Assembly (NCBI GenBank): GCA_050257515.1
Contig: JBLMXA010000867.1
Span: forward strand, 1 to 40,578
Length of the DNA stretch: 40,578 bases
Direction: 5' to 3'
From: Acidobacteriota bacterium
Lineage (GTDB): Bacteria; Myxococcota_A; Polyangia; Haliangiales; Haliangiaceae
Part shown: piece after piece, positions 11,256-17,619 of the stretch
How positions within the stretch are numbered: position 1 is the stretch's first letter
Layout of the letters: each line of letters begins with the position of its first letter
The notes under the pieces: model-generated
The model's database searches: none
What the model was told of the DNA's origin: nothing
What the model saw: the letters and a program-made list of their open reading frames with translations, nothing else
Position numbers and translations under genes: made by a program

Positions 11256-11365
11256 GGCGCGCGGGTATACACGAAGCGCCCCCCGGGACGTCCAACAAAA
11301 GATCACCGCGGTGTCCTGTCTGCCAGGCGGTCCAACCACTCGGAACTGCTGCTATCGTCCAGGAC

Positions 11366-11788
11366 ATGCGGTACCTCGCGGGTGTGGCGCTCTGGGCCAC
11401 GGCAAGTTGCGGTCTGCTCCACAGCAACGCGCCGAAGACCAACGAGGCCGTCGCGAAGACCGGGCGTCAGCTCGCGTTCAAGGCGCCGGTCGCGCGCGCG
11501 ACGTTCTGCTCGACGTGCGGGCGCGACGCGCCGGTGACCATCGAGTTCGGCGAGCCGGCGAAGGTGCGGCTCGTGATCCCGCTGTGCTACGCGCACGCGC
11601 ACTCCAAGGTCGGCGATCACGACAACTTCCAGGTCTACTTCGTCGACGGCAACGTCGCGGCGACCGCGGGCGAGCTCGACATCGACGATTGCACCAGCAA
11701 GCATGTCGTCGCAAAACTGTGGGCGACCTTTCCCGATAATCGCCGGGTGGATGCGATCCTCGATACTTCGCTGGTCGAGCCGAAGTAG
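11366..11788 (+). CDS. Hypothetical lipoprotein with a CxxC...C-x-H-x-H cluster
   Basis: Track ORF 11366..11788. Signal peptide plus lipobox MRYLAGVALWATASC. Contains FCSTCGRD and PLCYAHAH motifs. GC3 is high. Confidence 0.55.
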   Translation: MRYLAGVALWATASCGLLHSNAPKTNEAVAKTGRQLAFKAPVARATFCSTCGRDAPVTIEFGEPAKVRLVIPLCYAHAHSKVGDHDNFQVYFVDGNVAATAGELDIDDCTSKHVVAKLWATFPDNRRVDAILDTSLVEPK

Positions 11789-11813
11789 CCCGAGTGCCCC
11801 GAGCCATGGGACG

Positions 11814-13379
11814 ATGGGGCGCATGAGGCCACCTGCATGGTTGATCGTCGTGCTCGTAGGCGCGGCGCTGGGGCTCGTGTTCGCGGGAGTGTCGACCTAC
11901 GACTTCGTCCAGCACCTCGATCGCCAGGTCCACACGCTGCACTGCTCGTTCATCCCGGGCATGGGCCACGGCGCCGGCGAGTCGGGCTGCCAGGTCGCGA
12001 TGATGAGCCCGTACTCGTCCGTGTTCCGCACGAAGGTGTGGGGCGGCGTGCCGATCTCGCTGCCGGCGATGGCGGTGTTCGCGTTCATCCTCTGCTACTC
12101 GGTCGACCTGCTGCTCTCGAAGCGCAAGGACGACCCGCGGTCGACCGGCTTCCTCGCGCTCGCGTGCGCGCTGCCGGCGGCGATGTCGTTGCTGATGGGG
12201 ACGATCTCGCTGACCAAGCTCGGCACCGCGTGCAAGCTGTGCATCGGCATCTACGTCGCGAGCGCGCTGTGCCTGACCGGCGCGATCGTGACGTGGCGGC
12301 GCGCGGTCAAGGGCGCGCAGCCGTCGCAGCCGATGGCGTCGACCGGCTTTCTCGCCGGCGCGTTCGGCGTCGGCGTGCTGTTCGTGCTCGTGCCGGTGCT
12401 GCTCTACTTCTCGGCCGCGCCCGATCACTCGAAGTTCATCGGCGCGTGTGACGGGCTGACCAAGCCCGACGATACCTACGGCGTGATGGTGCGGGTCGAT
12501 CGCAACCCGCCCGGCGGCGCGCCGACGATCGAGCTGCTCGATCCGCTGTGCCCGGCCTGCAGGGCGTTCGAGCAGCGGCTCGGCGCGAGCGGCCTCGAGG
12601 ACAAGCTCGATCGCAAGGCGGTCCTGTTTCCGCTCGACAGCACGTGCAACTGGATGATCACCGAGACCACGCACCCGGGCGCGTGCACGGTGAGCGAGGC
12701 GGTGCTGTGCGCGGGCGACAAGTCGCCCGAGGTGATCGCATGGGCGTTCGAGAACAGCGATCGCATCCGCAACGAGACCAAGGCCGATCCGACCGCCGCC
12801 GCGCGCGAGGTCAAGGCGCGGTTCCCCGAGCTCGCGTCGTGCGTCGGCTCGCCCGAGGCGAAGGCGCGCGTCAACAAGAGCCTGCGGTGGGCGGTCGCCA
12901 ACAACATCCGCGTGCTGACGCCGCAGCTGTTCGTCGACAACGTCAAGCTGTGCGACGAGGACGTCGATCTCGGCCTCGAGTACGCGCTGACGATCATGCT
13001 CGACCGCCACGCGCAGGGCACGCTCGCGAAGAGCGCGCCCGCGCCGGCCGCACCGACGCCGCCGATCACGGCGAAGCCGGTCGAGGACAAGCCGGCGAGC
13101 AAGCCCGCCGACAAGCCGAAGCCCGAGGGCAACAAGCCCGACGAGGCGAAGCTCGCGGACCACAAGCCCGACGAGGCAACGCCCGCGGACCACAAGCCCG
13201 ACGAGGCGAAGCCCGCGGACCACAAGCCCGACGAGGCAAAGCCCGCCGACAAGGCCGACAAGCCTGCCGAGCCGATGCCGAAGGAAGAGCCGAAACCTGC
13301 CGACAAACCCGCGGACAAGCCACCGGCTGGCCCGGTGACGTCACCGAGCCAGGTCGGCTCGCAAGGAGGTGCGCCATGA
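11814..13379 (+). CDS. VKOR (vitamin K epoxide reductase) - DsbA/thioredoxin-like fusion protein with a Lys/Pro/Asp-rich repetitive C-terminal tail
   Basis: Real part of track ORF 11703..13379, starting at ATG 11814 (MGRMRPPAWLIVV). The protein has 4-5 TM helices. It carries loop cysteines (HCSFIPGMGHGAGESGC) and an in-membrane CKLC redox motif as in bacterial VKOR. A soluble domain with LDPLCPACRAFEQ (thioredoxin-fold CxxC) follows, and then about 100 aa of low-complexity tail. Confidence 0.8.
   Translation: MGRMRPPAWLIVVLVGAALGLVFAGVSTYDFVQHLDRQVHTLHCSFIPGMGHGAGESGCQVAMMSPYSSVFRTKVWGGVPISLPAMAVFAFILCYSVDLLLSKRKDDPRSTGFLALACALPAAMSLLMGTISLTKLGTACKLCIGIYVASALCLTGAIVTWRRAVKGAQPSQPMASTGFLAGAFGVGVLFVLVPVLLYFSAAPDHSKFIGACDGLTKPDDTYGVMVRVDRNPPGGAPTIELLDPLCPACRAFEQRLGASGLEDKLDRKAVLFPLDSTCNWMITETTHPGACTVSEAVLCAGDKSPEVIAWAFENSDRIRNETKADPTAAAREVKARFPELASCVGSPEAKARVNKSLRWAVANNIRVLTPQLFVDNVKLCDEDVDLGLEYALTIMLDRHAQGTLAKSAPAPAAPTPPITAKPVEDKPASKPADKPKPEGNKPDEAKLADHKPDEATPADHKPDEAKPADHKPDEAKPADKADKPAEPMPKEEPKPADKPADKPPAGPVTSPSQVGSQGGAP
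13134..13253 (+). repeat. Four tandem 30-bp in-frame repeats encoding (KPDEAKPADH)n in the tail of the VKOR fusion
   Basis: Units at 13134-13163, 13164-13193, 13194-13223 and 13224-13253 (aagcccgacgaggcgaagcccgcggaccac with 1-4 substitutions; the last unit is degenerate). They read KPDEAKLADH / KPDEATPADH / KPDEAKPADH / KPDEAKPADK. Confidence 0.95.
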
Positions 13380-14062
13380 TGCTCCCGCGTATCGCCGTCG
13401 CCGTCGTCGCGCTCGCGATCCCCGTGACGCTGACGACGACCTGGATCCACTCCGCCGACGCGCGGCTCGCCGAGGCCAGCGCCACCGCGCCGACCGATCA
13501 GCCGGCGGTCGCGTCGGCGAGCGACGTCGGCTACTGCTCGCCGTCGCTCAAGAAGATCCTGCGCCGCGTGCTGATGAGCTGCGGTCTCGTCGGTGGCAAC
13601 GCCGCGCGCGGCTGCCAGCCGATCCAGGCCAAGAACGTCGCGACGATGAGCGGCAACGACTTCAACGCGCTGTTCAAGCCGATGCAGGACCGCGGCGGCA
13701 TCGTCCAGTTCGATCTCGACAAGGCCGAGCTCGATCCGCAGGCCCTCGCGCTGATCGATCAGGTGTTCGCCGACCAGAAGGGCGCGAGCTGGTTCTTCGT
13801 CGTCGCGCGGTCGTCGCCGGAGGGCACGATCGAGCACAACCGCGAGCTGTCGAAGGCGCGCGCGGAGGCGGTGATGAACCACCTGAAGGAGCACTTCAAG
13901 GATCCCGACCTCGAGAAGGAGGTCGGCATGCTGTGGCTCGGCAAGGAGTACGCGCAGCTCGACGCCGAGTTCTGCAACTGGAAGCGCAGCTCGACCGAGG
14001 CGTGCGCGGCGCAGCAGATCAACCGGAGCGCGTTCATCGCATGGATCGACTGTCAGCTGTGA
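13376..14062 (+). CDS. Exported, cysteine-rich OmpA/MotB C-terminal-like domain protein
   Basis: Last 228 aa of track ORF 12548..14062. Signal peptide MMLPRIAVAVVALAIPVTLTTTWIHSADA. The OmpA-like core is FDLDKAELDPQALALIDQV...VVARSSPEGTIEHNRELSKARAEAVMNHL, and there are six cysteines. ATG 13376 overlaps the upstream TGA (ATGA), and AAGGAGG lies at 13363..13369. Confidence 0.75.
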   Translation: MMLPRIAVAVVALAIPVTLTTTWIHSADARLAEASATAPTDQPAVASASDVGYCSPSLKKILRRVLMSCGLVGGNAARGCQPIQAKNVATMSGNDFNALFKPMQDRGGIVQFDLDKAELDPQALALIDQVFADQKGASWFFVVARSSPEGTIEHNRELSKARAEAVMNHLKEHFKDPDLEKEVGMLWLGKEYAQLDAEFCNWKRSSTEACAAQQINRSAFIAWIDCQL

Positions 14063-14604
14063 TCCTCGTGCTTGCCGCGTGCGGCAAGGACGCCACGCCG
14101 CCGCCGCCGTCGCGCGTCGAGGGCGCGAAGACCACCGCGCCCAAGGCGGTCGACACCGCGGGGTTCTGCGACGCGCACTTCGCCGGCGACAGCGGGCCCG
14201 CGCTCGTCGTGCCGCCGCTCGCGAAGGGCGGCGCGCTCGCGCCCGCGAAGGGCTGGCGGTGGCTCAACATCTGGGCGACGTGGTGCAAGCCGTGCGTCGA
14301 GGAGCTGCCGCGGATCGCGAGGTGGCGCGCGAAGCTGCCGCCGCTCGAATTCTCGCTCGTGTCCGTCGACGAGGACGACGCCGCGATCGAGGCGTTCCGC
14401 CAGGCCCACCCCGGCACGCCGGAGTCGGCGCGGCTCGCGACGCCCGACAAGCAGACCGACTGGTTCAAGCAGCTCGGCCTCGATGCGGGCTCGCCGATCC
14501 CGATCCACGTGTTCGTCGCGCCGAGCGGCCACGTGCGCTGCGCGCGCGCCGGCGGCGTGCGCGAGCAGGACTTTGCCGCCATCGAGCGCTTGCTCTCGGA
14601 GTGA
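14041..14604 (+). CDS. TlpA/ResA-like thiol:disulfide oxidoreductase lipoprotein (thioredoxin fold)
   Basis: Last 187 aa of track ORF 13369..14604. Lipobox MDRLSAVILVLAAC. Active site WATWCKPCVEELP (WCxxC). Overlaps the upstream gene by 22 nt. Confidence 0.8.
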   Translation: MDRLSAVILVLAACGKDATPPPPSRVEGAKTTAPKAVDTAGFCDAHFAGDSGPALVVPPLAKGGALAPAKGWRWLNIWATWCKPCVEELPRIARWRAKLPPLEFSLVSVDEDDAAIEAFRQAHPGTPESARLATPDKQTDWFKQLGLDAGSPIPIHVFVAPSGHVRCARAGGVREQDFAAIERLLSE

Positions 14605-14625
14605 CGTCGGTCGTAGGACACGCGC

Positions 14626-14820
14626 ATGCGCGCGCTTGCCCTCCTTGCCCTCGTCGCGCTGTTCGACACCTCGCCGAAGGACTGCACGATCTCGCTCACC
14701 GAGGTCCAGAACAACAGCCTGATCAAGTCGCTGCTCGCGCCCGACGTCACGATCGAGAATCAGCCGGCGCTGTCGTTCGGCATGCAGGTCACCGCGGTGC
14801 CCGCGTCGATCAAGTTCTAG
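14626..14820 (+). CDS. Hypothetical 64-aa protein with a hydrophobic N-terminus (possible small exported protein)
   Basis: Track ORF 14626..14820: MRALALLALVALFDTSPKDCTISLTEVQNNSLIKSLL.... GC3 is high and the composition is non-shadow (N, K, I, F, Q). AGGA lies 7 nt upstream of the ATG. The ORF is 21 nt downstream of the TlpA-like gene, and its 3' end overlaps the convergent AraC gene by 11 nt. Confidence 0.35.
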   Translation: MRALALLALVALFDTSPKDCTISLTEVQNNSLIKSLLAPDVTIENQPALSFGMQVTAVPASIKF

Positions 14821-15799
14821 AAGCGCGGTACCCCTGCGGCGTCTTGCCGGTCCACTTGCGGAACGCGCGCGTGAAGCTCGGCAGCTCCTTGTAGCCGAGC
14901 TTCGCTGCGATCTCGCCGATCGACAGCGCGCGGTTGTCGAGCAGCAGCAGCGCGCGCTGGCGCAGCACGTCGTCGCGGATCGCCGAGAACGTCGTGCCGC
15001 GCTCGGCGAGCTTGCGCTTGAGCGTGCGCTCCGACATGTGCAGCTCCTTCGCGAGCTCGAGCAGGGCAGGGACGCGCTCCGGGGTCGCGGTCAGCGCGCC
15101 GCGCACGCGACCGACGACGCTCGCATCGGCGACCGCGGCCAGCTCGCGCTCGCACTGCTCGATCGCGAGCCGCGTCGCGACCGGATCGGCCGTGCGCAGC
15201 GGCAGCTCGAGCTCCGCGGCCGGGAACACGAGCCGGTGCGCCGGCCGGTCGAAGCGCAGCCGGCCGCCGTGCGGCACGCCCCGCAGATACGCCGGCTCGC
15301 GAAACGCGCACTCGGCGATCCCGTCGAGCGGCTTGCCGGTGAGGTCCTGGCCGAGCTGCCACACGCCGACGAACAGCGCGATCACGACGAACTCGCGCAG
15401 CGTGTCGCCGAGCGGCGCGCGCTCCTCGAGCGCGATCGACGCGATGTCGCCCTCGACGTGGAACGAAAGGCCGATCGCCGACGTCCGCGTGCTCGCGAAC
15501 CGCACCGCGAGCTCGATCGCCGCGCGCACGCTGCCCGCGGTCATCGCCGCGAACCCGAGGAAGCCGTGCGACGACAGCCGCATCTGTGTCCCGAGGTGCA
15601 TCGCGAGCGCCGGCTCGCGCGTCAGCTCGAGCGCGCGCGTCACGATCGCCTCGCACACGCGCAGCGGCACGCGCGTGCTCGGGTTCGTGAGGTCGGCGTC
15701 GTCGAGCGGCAGCCCGTTGAGCAGCGCCTGCGGGCTCACCCGCCAGCGCGCGGCGAGCTCGACGACGTCGCGAATGTAGGCCCCCGGGAGGTCGTACAC
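14810..15799 (-). CDS. AraC family transcriptional regulator (AraC-binding-like N-domain plus HTH_18)
   Basis: Track ORF 14810..15799. The C-terminal dual HTH reads LAKELHMSERTLKRKLAERGTTFSAIRDDV...IGEIAAKLGYKELPSFTRAFRKWTGKTPQGYR. The N-terminal 200 aa resemble OruR-type ligand domains. The start is GTG 15799. Confidence 0.85.
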   Translation of the reverse strand: MYDLPGAYIRDVVELAARWRVSPQALLNGLPLDDADLTNPSTRVPLRVCEAIVTRALELTREPALAMHLGTQMRLSSHGFLGFAAMTAGSVRAAIELAVRFASTRTSAIGLSFHVEGDIASIALEERAPLGDTLREFVVIALFVGVWQLGQDLTGKPLDGIAECAFREPAYLRGVPHGGRLRFDRPAHRLVFPAAELELPLRTADPVATRLAIEQCERELAAVADASVVGRVRGALTATPERVPALLELAKELHMSERTLKRKLAERGTTFSAIRDDVLRQRALLLLDNRALSIGEIAAKLGYKELPSFTRAFRKWTGKTPQGYRASRT

Positions 15800-15871
15800 C
15801 TGGCCTGAAATGATAACGACTCGGCACGCCGGAACCTAGGTCCATGACGCGGTCGGCCGCATGCTGATGAC

Positions 15872-16690
15872 ATGACGATCGTTCGCCGCGATGCCGGTCT
15901 CGAGCTGGTGGAGGTCCCGCGGGACTGGTGCGGCAAGGACCCCTATCGCACGACGTTTCTCGACGCGCTGTCGCTGCTGTTCCCCCAGGGCGAGAGGTTC
16001 TTCGTCGAGTCGGTGAAGCAGCACCGCGACGTCGTCGAGTCGCCGACGTTGCGCGCCGACGTCGCCGGCTTCATGGGCCAGGAGGCGATGCACGGCAAGG
16101 AGCACCGCGCGTTCAACGAGCTGCTCGTGTCGCATGGCCTCACCGCGGCGCCGGCGATCGACGCGCGCCTGCGCGAGTTCTTGAAGCTGGTGCGCCGCAT
16201 CCTGCCGCCGAAGTCGCAGCTCGCCGTGACCTGCGCGCTCGAGCACTTCACCGCGATGCTCGCCGAGGGCCTGCTCTCCGACGAGGCGATGCGCGAGGAG
16301 ATCCACCCCTCGGTGCGCCGGCTGTGGCTGTGGCACGCGCTCGAGGAGAGCGAGCACAAGGCCGTCGCGTTCGACGTCTACGTCGCCGCGGACGGCGGCT
16401 ACGCGCGCCGCATCGGCATCATGATGGTGACGACGGTGATCTTCTTCATCGCGCAGGCGCTGGTGCACGCGCGCCTGATGGCCCAGCGCGAGATCCTGTG
16501 GAAGCCGTGGACGTGGCTGCGCGGCATCGGCCGCATGTGGATCTACCCCGGCTACTTCACGCGCCTGGTCCCCGCGTACCTCGCGTACTACCGGCCCGGC
16601 TTCCACCCCAACGATCGCGACACGCGCGAGCTGCTCGCGACGTGGGAGCGGCGGCTGTTCGGCGAGCCGTCGCTGCGGACGGCGAGCTGA
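15872..16690 (+). CDS. Predicted metal-dependent hydrolase (PF10118-like)
   Basis: Track ORF 15872..16690. His/Glu motifs GQEAMHGKEHRAF, ALEHFTA and WHALEESEHKAVAFDVY, followed by hydrophobic C-terminal helices. It is divergent from the AraC gene, an arrangement I recall as common for this family. Confidence 0.7.
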   Translation: MTIVRRDAGLELVEVPRDWCGKDPYRTTFLDALSLLFPQGERFFVESVKQHRDVVESPTLRADVAGFMGQEAMHGKEHRAFNELLVSHGLTAAPAIDARLREFLKLVRRILPPKSQLAVTCALEHFTAMLAEGLLSDEAMREEIHPSVRRLWLWHALEESEHKAVAFDVYVAADGGYARRIGIMMVTTVIFFIAQALVHARLMAQREILWKPWTWLRGIGRMWIYPGYFTRLVPAYLAYYRPGFHPNDRDTRELLATWERRLFGEPSLRTAS

Positions 16691-16693
16691 TGG

Positions 16694-17275
16694 TCAGCGC
16701 CTTCGACGTCGCGAGGGCACGAGACCGCGGCACCAGGCCGGCAGGATGCCCACGGCACGGTGAACCGGCGTGCCCTGCTCGAACGACGCAACGTGCCGGT
16801 ACGGTTCGTCGACGAAGCTGTTGTCGAAGAGCTCGACAGTCGGGACGAGCTCGATCGCGCGTTTCAGATTCGCGAGCGAGCGCTCGTACCGTGACGCGAG
16901 CCGATCTCGCGGCACGTCGTGGCCGCCGTGGGCGAGGCGCTGGTCGACGCGGCGGGACGCCAGCTCGGCATTCGCGATCCCGATGTAGACGAGCGTCACG
17001 TCGTAACCCGCATCGACGGCGTTGCGCAGCATCGCGAGCTTCTCGCCGTAGGGGTCGGAGAACACGGTCTCGGTGATGAAGCCGAGCCGATCGTCGATCA
17101 TGCGATCTCTCGTCGCGTCGAGCACGCGAGCCGCCTCGAGAGAATCGACGCCGGTCTCCGCGGCGAACAGGTCGGCGTTCAGGAACGGTAGCGGCGAGTC
17201 GCCAAGGAACGCGTCGTAGTACGTCGACTTGCCGGCGCCGTTGGGGCCGGCGAGCATGACGAGTTGCGGGGTCAC
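16694..17275 (-). CDS. Zeta-toxin-like P-loop kinase (type II TA toxin candidate)
   Basis: Track ORF 16694..17275. Walker A at the extreme N-terminus (VMLAGPNGAGKST), about 190 aa, with DxxR and helical lid features of the zeta/AAA_33 family. The GTG start overlaps the antitoxin stop (GTGA). Confidence 0.75.
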   Translation of the reverse strand: MTPQLVMLAGPNGAGKSTYYDAFLGDSPLPFLNADLFAAETGVDSLEAARVLDATRDRMIDDRLGFITETVFSDPYGEKLAMLRNAVDAGYDVTLVYIGIANAELASRRVDQRLAHGGHDVPRDRLASRYERSLANLKRAIELVPTVELFDNSFVDEPYRHVASFEQGTPVHRAVGILPAWCRGLVPSRRRRR

Positions 17276-17583
17276 CGCTGCTTCCGGATGCTCCCCTTGG
17301 GCCCCGTGCCGTACCGCACGCGGTTACGACGGCGGATCAGCTGCGCCGCTTGCGCGCGGCCCTCCGCCGTCATCGATCGCGCGAGTCGCGCCGACAGCTC
17401 GGGATCATGGCTGCGCGCCTTCAGCCGCTGCACCGTCGCAGCGAGGATCGCGTCCTCGACGACCTGCCCGAGCCGCGCCCAGTGCTCGACCTGCTCGGTC
17501 ACCGAGCGCTCCTGCGTCGCGGCGGCGGTCCGCGCGCGCGCCGCGAGCTCCGCGCTCAGCCGGACGGGGATGCCGTTGGACAT
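17272..17583 (-). CDS. ParD-like antitoxin (PF11903-like)
   Basis: Track ORF 17272..17583. MSNGIPVRLSAELAARARTAAATQERSVTEQVEHWARLG matches my memory of the ParD_like N-terminus (PVKLSDELVEEAR...RS...QIEHWA.LG). It has a 4-nt overlap with the zeta-like gene. Confidence 0.7.
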   Translation of the reverse strand: MSNGIPVRLSAELAARARTAAATQERSVTEQVEHWARLGQVVEDAILAATVQRLKARSHDPELSARLARSMTAEGRAQAAQLIRRRNRVRYGTGPKGSIRKQR

Positions 17584-17588
17584 GCGGC

Positions 17589-17611
17589 GAGTGTAGCACT
17601 TTGCTACACTC
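17589..17611 (-). promoter_or_regulatory. Perfect 10-bp inverted repeat (GAGTGTAGCA-ctt-TGCTACACTC) 5 nt upstream of the antitoxin start; candidate TA operator overlapping a -10-like TACACT
   Basis: Seen directly: 17589..17598 gagtgtagca, 17599..17601 ctt, 17602..17611 tgctacactc. On the minus strand TACACT lies 6 nt before the ATG. No U-tract follows the hairpin, so an intrinsic terminator is unlikely. Confidence 0.5.
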
Positions 17612-17619
17612 GCGCCCAG

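Noticed and set aside
13134-13253. CRISPR-like array
   Set aside because: The 30-bp units are directly adjacent with no spacers, lie in-frame inside a CDS, and encode a decapeptide repeat. There are no cas genes in the window.
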